Source of the DNA: Pocillopora damicornis
Lineage: Eukaryota
Assembly: GCF_003704095.1 (NCBI RefSeq)
Contig: NW_020844929.1
Location: 62,001-126,000, forward strand
Direction of reading: 5' to 3'
DNA length: 64,000 bases
Below the pieces are notes generated by a model that did not search any database, had not been told where the DNA came from, and worked only from the letters and a program-made list of their open reading frames with translations. Shown here one piece after another: positions 41,560 through 53,069 of the stretch. How positions within the stretch are numbered: the first letter of the stretch is position 1; the number at the start of each line of letters is the position of its first letter. The translations under genes were made by a program, and so were the position numbers.

Positions 41560-41760
41560 TAGGTAAGCTTGCAGCTTGAAGAACCCAAAAAATTTTAAGG
41601 CTACGACGGGATTTGAACCTGTGCATCAAAGATGCTAGTTGTACGCTACTACCAATTGAATTACGAATTCATATCAAAATATATACCTCCTCTCTCTCCG
41701 TGCAGCTTTATAGATCAGTTGATAGTGGCGATCAACTAATATCTTAGAGGCATCGGTTCT
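41560..41760. repeat. Degenerate tRNA-derived repeat (two back-to-back tRNA-like heads)
   Basis: Minus-strand B-box GGTTCAAATCCC (~41608-41619) with an A-box-like segment, and a plus-strand tagatcagttgatag...ggttc half. No intact cloverleaf. Confidence 0.5.
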
Positions 41761-41764
41761 GTTG

Positions 41765-42138
41765 GAACATTCTCCTCGGAGTGTAATCAGTCAGGTTCGA
41801 ATTCTTTGTTTTTTTTTCCGTATTTCATTCTTAATCTTTTCCTCTTTTTTTCCATTGCTACATTTGCTTTTACAACAAGAAGGACAACTTGAAAAAGCAG
41901 TGTCATAACTACCGTCACGTGCAACCACAAACGATTACGGAGGCACAGGTTCTGTTTGAATGTTCTCCTCTGAGCTTTACTAGTCAGGTTCGAATAATTC
42001 CTTGTTCTTTTTCCGTAATTAACTCTTACACTTTTCCTTTTTTCCTTCCATCGCTATATTTGCTTTTACAACAAAAAGGAAAAGTTGAAAAAGCAGTGTC
42101 ATAGCTACTATCACGTGCAAACCCAAACGATTACGTCA
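41765..42138. repeat. ~190-bp tandem duplication in the promoter of member E, duplicating an E-box
   Basis: agtcaggttcgaat...tttgcttttacaacaa...ttgaaaaagcagtgtcata...tcacgtgcaa..caaacgattacg occurs twice; CACGTG at 41916 and 42112. Confidence 0.88.
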
Positions 42139-42378
42139 ATTAAGCCAACCGATAAGAAAGGGTGACCTTCAGGTTTGGAGACATTTGATGATATAACTCT
42201 TCAAGGACACACACGTCAGTACTGAAGTCAAGTAAATGAACTGAGGAGACCGAACTGGAGTAAAAAACGACCATAAGCGAGAGAGGGACCAAGGAGAACA
42301 AATCAAAGAATTGGAAGCTTTAGTTCTGCAAATTACTTGTGTAAGATCTGTCGTCTTTGTGGACTCAAATCACAGGAA

Positions 42379-42921
42379 ATGAGCACTCGCCTGTCCTGCC
42401 GTAGGTCATCTACGCCAGCACTAAGTAACCGTGTGCTAAGAAGGCCAACGCTGGAGAGGAAACTAACTGCCCCTGCGTTGCTAGAAATAACTGAATCAAT
42501 CGCCGATGAATCGTGGAATTACAACCACCAATTTGAACAATTTGCCGGTCAGCAGAAACTGCCAAAAATTGTCACAACACAGCAACGAATGGCGAAGGCG
42601 GCCTGGTTGGGAGACATAACGAAGTGGAGCTCTGTGCGTGATGAGCAATGCTTTAAGCTTGACACAATTGCCCCCAAAAAACTGTCTTATGGGGGAGAAT
42701 GTCTTCCGAGAAATATTTGTCCAAGAACCAAACTTTGTATTAATTCCCAACATGAGGCACATGGTGAAATTTACAGTTCTCTTCCTATGGTGTCTTCATA
42801 CTGCCATGCAAAATCGATGGCATTCAAACAGTTTATTGAAAATGCAGAGGAAAAGTATGATAGCCACAGGGAAAAAGCTGATCTTCTGCATAAATGGATC
42901 ATTCGCCAAAGAACTGAATGA
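42379..42921 (+). CDS. Orphan array member E (180 aa from ATG 42379)
   Basis: Paralogue of F and G. Contains RRSSTP, RRPTLERKLTAP, QKLPKIV; ends QFIENAEEKYDSHREKADLLHKWIIRQRTE. Confidence 0.82.
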   Translation: MSTRLSCRRSSTPALSNRVLRRPTLERKLTAPALLEITESIADESWNYNHQFEQFAGQQKLPKIVTTQQRMAKAAWLGDITKWSSVRDEQCFKLDTIAPKKLSYGGECLPRNICPRTKLCINSQHEAHGEIYSSLPMVSSYCHAKSMAFKQFIENAEEKYDSHREKADLLHKWIIRQRTE

Positions 42922-45603
42922 CTCATTGAAAACTAAGTAGAAAGACTATCGTTTGTGTTCATACTGTTTGTTTTTGTTCTATATTTCGCTTCTATCTAAT
43001 GTAAATAGATATTAATTTATTCGAGCATTTTCGTGATAGAAAGCACTCATATATAGTAGGACTGCAAGCAAGTTTTAAAGTCAAGTTAACGAACTGAGGA
43101 AACCTCGTTAAGAAATAACGCTTTCTTTAAATCCTCTGTTTGTTACCGGTTTAGTTCAGAATGCGATAGCAAGGCCTTTCTACTTGATTGGCTGCTCGTT
43201 AGATGTGGTTGCATTCTTTTTCCGGTCACCGATTGTGTTATAGGAAACGTCTGTGGACCGATTTTCTAATACGAAAACCTCTTGCACTTCCATGTAAGGC
43301 CAAGAGATATTCCTTAGGTAGGGCTAAAAGAAGAAAGGATCACCTTCCTAAATGTAATCCATCATACAAATAAATCTTTGCACGTTTGTATACATGCGCG
43401 TGTGATTATATAATATAAGTTTATTATTTACCCTGCCTCTCAGTATATTGTTCTTGTCTAAAGACGTAACAAAGCAATGTTAATGCTTAATTGTAAGATA
43501 TATTGTGTTATGCCATCTCATGCTCACACGAAATTACCTAACGTATGGTTTTCGCTTTGCAAAACGTTCAACAAATTAATTCGTGTTCCATCGTCCGTGG
43601 AAACCCCGGTTTCGTCTTTCTGTCTGTCGTATTTGGCAGCTCTCTCCGTTATATACTTCCTTAATATTTCTAACTCGTTAGGTCTCACCACCGTTTTAAA
43701 AACTGGTTCTTAATCTCGACTTGATGTTACACTTTCCTTGTTATTGTTCGTTATCACTTTATACTAATTCAATTATTTCTCTTTTGAATACTATAATCAC
43801 AAGAACTGTGACATATGAGTAAAGATCAGGCGGCCAAAGCATTTGCTTAGTTAAACGTTAACATGAAATACTTAAAATGATGAAGTGGCAAGGTTCTTGT
43901 CGATGAGAAACGATTGAAAACTAACCCGACTATGATAAATCTGTACGTGAGTAGAATAATGCATGACTAACTTGAATTAAAACGTTTTGATAAGCCATTC
44001 TAATGAAAATTTTTATGCTTGGCAGTTAAGAAAAGGTACTTGTGAGACTTATGAGACTTTCAGAGCAATCGAAAGGTTACTCCGTTTATTATATTGTTAC
44101 CTCCTATATTAAAGATAGGATTGAGCCTTTCTTCCCTTAAGTTATCAACCACATCTGGACGATTGAGAAGCTATTAGACCATATCATTTTATCATCAATT
44201 TAACAAAGGTCCCCTTATATGCTTGAATAGTGTTGTAGTCATTGTCCACACTTGATACCTGCATGTCATGATCACATGCACAGTCTCTTATATAACTTCG
44301 ACTGAATGACCCATAACAACAAAAGGTCCCCAAACGTGAACATTTAGCGCATTTCCGGAGACGATAAGAAATTACTTCTATGACAGTTTAGGAAAAAAAT
44401 TGTAGCAAATTGCAGTGGAACCGATACGAATCATTTTAAAACAGAAGATTCATTAAAACAACACAGGAACAGGTATGATGGTCATGGTTTACGAAGCAAT
44501 TTTAGCGCGTTTGCAACACTTTCGTGTTTCATATGGTTCAGTTCTATTAAAAAATCTTCTGAGATTCTCAGACAAATCAGATTTCAAATTAAGTGAAATC
44601 TGCGGAAGTTCGATTTTAGCCGTTTTATCAGGTTTGGTCTTTTCATACCGAGGGAAAGCAGGACCTAGGAAGAAAGTTCTGGGTGACGAGACCAAAACGG
44701 TTGCCAACAAGACAAACTGTCAATTTGGAAATTAAAAAATGGAATTGCTAAGCAATTTTAATTAATGCCGAGAGAAGTACTATGCTTAAAAGTGCGAGCA
44801 TTCCTCAGAACATCTTACGAACAACAACAACTTGCAAGCGATTCTGAACGTGGTAACCTGCAAATTTGAAACTAATTCAGGTGTAAAGTTATTTCTAGAT
44901 GGATCTGAAAGAAAGCATCTTTCATCTTGTTCGCTACAGTTATATAATTGTGTCTACTCTTTCTTCTCTTTTTGATGTACGTTCCGAATCCATAAAAAAT
45001 CCCAATGAAAATGCACCTATTATTTCCACGTACCGACCCCAAATTCAGGATAAATCAGAGCTAAAACACCTCAGCATTGAAAATTCTTGTAAACTGGGAA
45101 AGCGCTCAACAGCTTTAGCCGCCGTACGCAATTCGCGATCTTCAGTTTAGAGGGCGGCTACAACGATCGTCAGTGTCGTACCCGACGATGGAACGAGTTT
45201 TAAACATATTTCTTACTTTACTTATGAAAATTATCTAATTCTCTATTAAAACATCAGTTTTTCATGTTGTAAATCAGTTTAGCTTTTGACAAGTACTTTC
45301 AAGTGTGCAAATCTTAATAAGAAATTGAAATTTAATCCGTCACGTGCAACAATCCGCTATTACCACGAGCCGATATGTAACTGGGTGGCGTGCGGTCATT
45401 TTGATGCTATAACATTAATAACTGAAAACAACTGATGCATATAATTTGATAGCATAAGAACAACGCTGAACCATAGTGCCTTCTGCACTGACAGGAAGAC
45501 TTAGCAAGAGACAGATAACTCACCCAACGAAACGAAGTCTCTCTGTCCGTCTAAAGATTTTCGGCAATCTAAAGTTTTGCTGGACCGAGACAGATTACAG
45601 AAA

Positions 45604-46140
45604 ATGGACACATTAAGCCGGCCTTTCCGCAGGTCATCTGCACCCGAGCTGAATATCCGTCTGCCTAAAAGGCCGACATTAGAGAGAAAGCTTTCTCCTC
45701 CAGCAATATATGAAACATCAAGCACAAGCTGGTGCACGCGCAACCACCAATTTGAAAAAAGCGTCGGTGGGCATCTTCCAGATATTATTATGACAAAACA
45801 ACCAAGAACGGCAAAGACTGCATGGATAGGAAACAAAACACAGAGTTGCAAAGACGATGGACTTGTGAAGTTAGACATCGTTGTCTCCCAAAAGCAGTTT
45901 TGCGAAGGAGGAAATCTTTCTAAAGGCTGTATTCGTAAAACAAAACTATCTGTGAATTTTCAAAGTCGACACAAGGAGACTGCTAAAGTGTGCACAGTTC
46001 GTCCGTTGGTATCTTCCAGCTATCAGCAGAAATCGAAGGCAATTCAACAGTTTATTGGCAATTCAGAGAAAAACTATGACAGTCATAAGGAAAAAGCCAT
46101 TTTGTTACAAAACTGGATTATTAGCCAACGAAATGAATGA
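45604..46140 (+). CDS. Orphan array member F (178 aa from ATG 45604)
   Basis: Contains RRSSAP, KRPTLERKLSPP, HLPDII; ends QFIGNSEKNYDSHKEKAILLQNWIISQRNE. Confidence 0.82.
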   Translation: MDTLSRPFRRSSAPELNIRLPKRPTLERKLSPPAIYETSSTSWCTRNHQFEKSVGGHLPDIIMTKQPRTAKTAWIGNKTQSCKDDGLVKLDIVVSQKQFCEGGNLSKGCIRKTKLSVNFQSRHKETAKVCTVRPLVSSSYQQKSKAIQQFIGNSEKNYDSHKEKAILLQNWIISQRNE

Positions 46141-46574
46141 GTGAAGAACTGAAGAAAAAACCCAAGAACACATGATTAAGAATAGAAAAGGAAGTACTTT
46201 ACAAGAGCTTTCCTTGTGCTCCGATGCCCAGATTTCTTCTCTTGTCTAGAACAGTACTAATCTCATCATGTATAAATTTATGTTCATTTGATGTGAAAGC
46301 AGGTAAACAGACCTTTCCTTACTATTTCACTGACATGAATTTTTTTCCTAAAAAAATCAAAATTATTGCCAGCACAAAAACGACTTCAAGTTAAACAAGT
46401 GATTATACTGTTACTAGTATTTAAAGTTCATTTATAGAGGATCATTTACAAAAGCCATCAGTTTTCATCGAGAAATTTAGCGAACAAGTACTCATTCTTT
46501 AATGCCAGACTTCTATTTAATGTGTATCATTGATCATCAAGAGTCTTGAGAAGAAAGTGTCTCACGCTCGTGTG

Positions 46575-46591
46575 CACGTGCAGTTATGTAA
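46575..46591. promoter_or_regulatory. Adjacent E-box (CACGTG) and PAR-bZIP D-box (TTATGTAA)
   Basis: CACGTG at 46575-46580, 3-bp spacer, TTATGTAA at 46584-46591. The D-box is retained in the duplicate at 50389-50396. Confidence 0.5.
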
Positions 46592-49298
46592 TCTGTAATT
46601 AGCTCTATACCATGCCCAGAGGCATTGTGTTGCGGATCGTTTGCAAACGGAAACTTAATAGTTATTGTCGCATCCTGAATTCTAAGGCACGCTCGATGCT
46701 CGTGAAATTCAAGAATCAGAGATCCTTTGTAGACAAGTAACCTTCACTCTTTTCAACGTGCCCATTTCATTTTGAATATTACGGTTGTGAAATCTTGCAG
46801 TTTCTAACTAGCGAGAATTGATTAAAAGTAACGAAGGAATACATCTCTCATTGCTAGGCAAAATAACTCTAATCTTTTAAGGGATTTGGACGTAGAAGTT
46901 CAATTGCAATTTGTGTTACGCATGGAAATTTCCTAAATAACGATCACTTTATATTAAAATGACTTGTTATTATTATTTCAATATGATACACAATTTGGGA
47001 CAGTCATGAAAAACAGGTTAGCCGTTGTTTGGCCAAAATCCCTTTCTCGACTCTGCCTTTGAAACAATGGATTTGAATCCGAGAGTCCCAAGATCCTGCG
47101 GGTGACATTTCTCTACCATCAAGCCCATCTGTCCGTGGCCGTGTTCGATCAAATGCACTTAACTACCCTGGGTATCTCAGAAGTCCCTAATGCCTGTACT
47201 GTCCCGCATGCAAGCTCAATTGTTTGCAGCCTCTCAACTTACTCAAATGTCTGTTCTGCTCCAGCATATCTTCTAAACTAGTGGAACTGCATGTGCTATT
47301 CTATTAGAGACTGCCGGAATATGGGTTGAGTGTCACAGTCGGCTTTTGCTTTCTGTGTTCTCTCAACAGGCCGGCTAAACTGTCTGTGCTATTCCGATGA
47401 AAACCAAATATGGCTTAACTGTTTGTAGTTAAATTAGGATATTGTAAGGGTTCTTGTTGATACATTATACAATACAGTGTTTTCCATCTAGTTTCACTAT
47501 TTTAAGCGCTTTATTTGCATGAAGCTTTGGACCTTTTTATCAGCGTAAGATTTTCATCACTGAACATTTTCTTAACCCTGGAGGTTATGATTGTTTTTTT
47601 TAATCAGATGAGTGCCTCTATCTTGCATATAGAGCACATTTGTGATGGTAGCTCTAAAGGATAGAAAAGACACAACCAAACAGTTTGTAAGCGATTTCAA
47701 TTGATTATTGCTGGCAACAAAACTAACTGCCAGTCTAGATATAAAGTAATTGCTACACCGATGTGAACGCAAGCATCTTGTTACCATTAGCTATACAATA
47801 AAATTTCTACTATTTAGTCATATAAGCTTGTATAACTCTAGCATTCAAAAATTCTTAATTAACGTTTCGATAAACATTAAATGAATGAATTCAGACGAGA
47901 CTACGTATGGTGCAAAAAGCTCCGATCTCTTTTCTTCCGCTTGACTCACTAGTTGTGTTAAAAAATCTTGGCTTGCAAATCATGAATAGAAAGATACTTT
48001 GTTTAGGAAACTTTGAATGACACATCGAATTATGAGATAAAAATTGCTGAACTTCGAGTCAGTCAGCCATTTGACGTTATTCCTATTTAGCCATCGGATG
48101 TGGCCTCAACGCTGTTTCACTCCTCCAGCCTCTCGTTTAAATGTTACTTTATTTGGAACAAATTTTTCATACCATTGAATCAATCGGAAAATAAAGGAAT
48201 GTCCTTAGATCAAAATCATTTTACTTCAGCTTTGACCCAATTGACATACACTGAATAGCCCCCATAATAGGAAAGCATCGCTCATAATTATATGATAATT
48301 ATACATAACTTAGCGATTTCTACAATCGTAAATGATTTTGATTGAAACAAAAGGAACACTCGATTGAACAGCATTTTCAACACAAAAATAGTGTGTGGGC
48401 AATTACTGCGGTGATCCTTAGGTTTTTCTTGACCACAAAAAAGGACAGAACTAAGATTGATAATCCTTTGAGTCAGAAAATCATGTCCCTCTACTGTGAT
48501 ACTTTTGCACGTGCCTCGTGACCCTTCTAAAAATAGGATTGATCACTGGTCTCCTGTTTCATCTACGTTTTATGAGCCATCTAGAACAATTCAAAACTTC
48601 CCGGTAACTCAGAATCATTCTTTTTTTATCATCCACCCCTGCTGACTATCAAAATATCTGAAAACCATTAAGTCTCTATCGGGCTAATTGCAACGTACAT
48701 GTTCGATACCGAAATTCACCTGTTGTTCCCACATACAAATTTGATGCCTACCCACAGAATAGTAAGGAGAGATTAGAGCTGAACCAGGTCAAGAAGTCAA
48801 GATTTTCGAAAAAGGAAGGCGCTTAATAACTAATACCCATTGTAAGGAATTCGCAAACTTTGGTTTACTTAAAAATACTTCAATCATCGACGGTCATACA
48901 AAACCAGGGAACGGGTTTTTAACTTATTTCTTGGTTACCCTATAAAAGTTTTATTTTTTGACAAGTACTTTCAAGCGTGCAAATCTTGATTTAAAAAATT
49001 GGAATTTAATCTTTCACGTGCAACAATCCGCTATTAGCACGAGCTAATACGTAATCGGCAACCGTCAGGCTGAGTTGCGTGCAGTTATTTTGAGACTATA
49101 ACATTTCATAACAGAAGAGGCAATTACGACTGATGCATATAATTTGTTAGCATAAGGACAATACTAAACCATAGTGCCGCGTGCATTGACGAGAGGACTT
49201 AGCGAGAGAAATATAACTTACAAAACAAACCGAACCTTCTCTGTCCATCTGAAGATTTGCAGCAACCAAAAGTTCTGCTGGATCAAGAAAGATTGAAA

Positions 49299-49829
49299 AT
49301 GGACCTTTTGAGCCTGTCCTTCCGCGGGTCATCTGCAACCGAGCTGAATAACCGTTTGCCTTGGAGGCCGACACTAGAGAGAAAGCTTACTTCTTCAGCA
49401 GTATTAAAAACGTCAGGAACACGCTCTTGCAGTCACAACCACCAATTTGAAAAAAGCGTCGGTGTACAACTTCCAGATATTGTTATGACAAAACGACCAA
49501 GAATGACAAGGACTGCATGGATAGGAAACATGACACAGAGTTGCAAAGACGATGGACTTGTGAAGTTAGACATCATTATCTCCGAAAAACAATTTTGCGA
49601 AGGAGGAAATCTTCCTAAAGGCTGTATTCGTAAAACACTACCTGTGAATTTTCAAAGTCGATACAAAGAGACTGATAGAGTGTGTACAACACGCCCTTTG
49701 CTATCTTCCAGCTATCAGCAAAAATCGAAGGCAATTCAACAGTTTATTGGCAATTCAGAGAAAAACTATGACAGTCATAAGGAAAAAGCCATTTTGTTAC
49801 AAAACTGGATTATTAGCCAACGAACTTAA
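49299..49829 (+). CDS. Orphan array member G (176 aa from ATG 49299), recent duplicate of F
   Basis: Intact ORF, C-terminal domain identical to F (KSKAIQQFIGNSEKNYDSHKEKAILLQNWIISQR). Confidence 0.8.
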   Translation: MDLLSLSFRGSSATELNNRLPWRPTLERKLTSSAVLKTSGTRSCSHNHQFEKSVGVQLPDIVMTKRPRMTRTAWIGNMTQSCKDDGLVKLDIIISEKQFCEGGNLPKGCIRKTLPVNFQSRYKETDRVCTTRPLLSSSYQQKSKAIQQFIGNSEKNYDSHKEKAILLQNWIISQRT

Positions 49830-49894
49830 TGAATTAAGAACTGAAGAAGAACAGAAGAGCTACTGACTAATATCAGAAAAGGAATTAAGTACTT

Positions 49895-49997
49895 CAATCG
49901 CTCTGACGAAGGGCTAACGCTCGAAACGTCAGCTTTTTTACCCTTTACGGTGGCTAATTTACGTTTTCAACCCAGTTGTTAACACTAAATTACCTGC
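49895..49997 (+). mobile_element. Penelope-like hammerhead-containing insertion with 5-bp target-site duplication (TACTT)
   Basis: Absent at the homologous site behind gene F (aagtactttacaag). TACTT at 49890-49894 and 49998-50002. Intact CTGACGA...GAAACGTC core. Confidence 0.85.
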
Positions 49998-52900
49998 TAC
50001 TTTAGAAGGGCTTTACTTGAGCTCCAATGCCCGGATTTCTTCTCTAGTGTAAATGTATAAAGTTATCTTCTCTTTTTGTGTGTAAGCAGGTAAACAGAAT
50101 TAAAATGTCATCTTATTTCTTCCTATTTCACCTGAATAATTTTTCCTCCGATATATCAAACACATTGCAAGCGTAAAAACGGTCTAGAGAAGTGATTATA
50201 TAGTTTAGCGTTTGAGTTTCGTTTATAACTGAGGAAGATTTGCAAGAGCCATAATGTTTCATCTAGAAATTTAGCAAACAGCTGCTCGGCCGTTAATGTC
50301 AGACTTTTAGCAGATGTGTATCATTGCTTACTCTTTTTAAAGAGTATCGAGAAAAAAGTGTTTCACGCTCGTGTACATGCTCGTGCAGTTATGTAATCTG
50401 TAATTAACTGTATACCATGCCCTGAGGTATTGTTTTCCTTTACGGACAGTTGCGATGAACTGAATAGTAATTGTCTCATCCTGAATTCTGAGGCGTTGCA
50501 CGTTCAATGCTCGTGAAATTCTATAATTAGTGATCCTTTGTAGCCAAGTAACCTCACTTTTTTCAACGTGCCCATTGTATTTTGAATATTACGGTTGCGC
50601 AATTTTGTGGTTTCTAAACTTAAGAATTGATAAAAAATCACAAAGGAAATGTCTCTTACTGCTATACAAAATAACTCTAAACCTATCAGGGATTTGGTCG
50701 TACAAGTTCTTTTACAATTCATGGTGCGCATGGAAATTTTTTAAATAACGATCACTTTATATTAGTTTAACTTGAATACTAACAATATTGCACACAGTTT
50801 GGGATAGTTATCAAAAGAGGTTTAGCTGTTGTCTGGTACAAAAACGCTTTCTCTACTATGTTCATCAAGTAATTGGTTTGAGCCCAGAAGTAACATACAT
50901 GCTATCAGATACATGTTCAGATTGTCGACTAGAGAGTATTCTGAACTGCATTGTTGTCATTAACATCGAGTGACGATTTAAAACCGGAGGCAAAGTCATC
51001 AACAGAGAAAAGGACCCATTCAGCCTTCCGCTCACGTTATCTAAAAGTCAGTCACCCTTAACAACGACAATTATATTCTAAAGAATAATTCAGTGTTAAA
51101 AAATTTTCAATGGGGTGAAAGCATGTTCACTACGAGCAACCGTTTAATCTGATCATAAATTTTTGTGGCGTTTTTCGATTCGTTTCTATCTATTCATCCA
51201 GTCCCACAACTGTGTGGCCTGTGGAATGGAAGTTCCATTCGTAAAAGATAATTTACCGTCCAGATAGTCTATTCACAAACGCAAACTTTGATCGCAAAAA
51301 ATTGAAGAAGAAGTAAATCCATTATTCATAGTTTCGTTACCATATCGCAGAAATGGCACGCTTAGCTTCTTATCAATTAAATTAATGAGACTACGCGTTA
51401 CTGAACTGTGCGCAGTCCCTGCTGTTCTCAGAGTTTCGCGCAGCGCGCTAACATCGATTTTTTTTCATTGTTTTTATTCTTTTACGCGTGCGAAGCACGT
51501 CTCCGAAAAGGAGGAAATGCTCGTAATCTAAAGCACAGTATAAAAAAAAACTCTTGCATTAAATAATGGTTACTTTCGAGAGAATAACGGAAGAAATACA
51601 GGTTGCATTGGTTTTTCTCAATTTTGCTCAACTTTTCAACCAGCCGAATGCAAAGTTGAAACGAATTACGGCGTGGCCTTTTGTCTTTTCCCGCTCTTCA
51701 GACAGTTTGCTTCTTTTTCACGCTAATACTGTTTTATAACTGGTTTGATATTATTAGGCTCCAAGTTTTGACGTCCTTGTTTCATTTGTTCTATGTCACT
51801 TGTCCTTCAAAATCTCCATAATGATTGCAAAGGACAAGACTAACCCCTCTTGTGGAGGAGTAAGGGAAAGTTGCTTCAAGCATCAGTTTTGTTACCGCAA
51901 GACATAATGTGTAGAACAGATTTTTATAAATCTTTATATCTTTTTGTAGATTTTAAATTGCATCATTATTCGTGATTTGGAATGTTAAGACTTAACTCTG
52001 TTGAGTCTGTTTTTTTTTTTCATTAAAGATTTCATCATCATTAATAACAGAGATTTTGCTGAGCTGGACTAGAAAGCCTTTCCAAGTCTCATTTTGAAAT
52101 TCGCGCTCAGTTACACAGACTGATGTGAAAATGTAAACAATGTGACAAGGCTTAGAGTGTGCGATTTGCGCATGACGAGTTCTTGTTCACTTACTTTGAG
52201 CGAATTGGAGATATGGAAGTTTTTAATCAATACTTCTGCCGAAACACATCATACTTACGTGCGTAAACTAAAACAGCCCTTTCAGATAAAACAAAAGATC
52301 CTAGATGTCCAATCAAAACTTTGAAGCGCATTGAATTGACTTCATTTGAAAGTCTCTCTAGTAATAAGCTCAACTTGTTATCCGTCAAGTTATTTCTTCG
52401 CTGCAATTGTGGTATAAACTACTGCTTAGCTTACACTGAAGACAAACTTTGTCAAAAATTGTGTTCATCGAGGTGTTGTCGCCTGACTTGACAACTGCAT
52501 GCTGGGTGTATATAGAGATAATCGACTTGAAAGTCCCTGAAGACCGCCAAAGATAGCGCCATTGACTCGGATTGACTTCAAACCACGGAGTTTCTCATCG
52601 ATCTATTCCTCAGTTGGGCTAAATAATTAGCATGCGAGCGACCAAGGCAAAAAAAGCTTAAATTAAAAGATCCACATTTTAATGAGGAAACGTTTTAAGT
52701 TTGTCGTAAGATTATCTGATGATATACCCTTGTGGTATGAAATTCAGTATTGCGCCTGCTATTTACTATATTGGATCTCGATACATTAGAAGGAAGTGGG
52801 CAGCGGAAAGTGGAAGCCGGAAACTACGATTCTAATTGCGAGAGTTGTTTATGTAGCGCTTCATGGAAGAGCAATCAAAACTCAATGCAGTCGGGTGAAT

Positions 52901-53069
52901 GAAGAACACTATACAAAGGCTTTTTAATCAGCAGCCATTCTAGGGCAGTACCAATGAACAAAACTTAACACCGATATCACGGCCCCTCATAGATGGTTTT
53001 TTTTCTGCGTATATCGTATGTCAAAGTACAATTGCTGATCTGAATAACGGCACAAAACAGAAACTTAAA

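Larger units (their letters stand above)
45188..50852. repeat. Recent tandem segmental duplication (~45188-47048 and ~48908-50852) containing members F and G
   Basis: Collinear similarity from promoter (tgacaagtactttcaag, tcacgtgcaacaatccgctatta) through CDS to ~0.9-1 kb of 3' flank (aaataacgatcactttatatta). Confidence 0.92.

Noticed and set aside
41600-41670. Possible tRNA gene
   Set aside because: B-box present but stems do not pair; treated as a tRNA-derived repeat. The same applies to ~47063-47120 and ~61436-61530.
47200-47460. Possible Gypsy pol remnant on the minus strand
   Set aside because: Only a vague resemblance (QPIFRQ) with several stops; needs tBLASTn against a repeat library.
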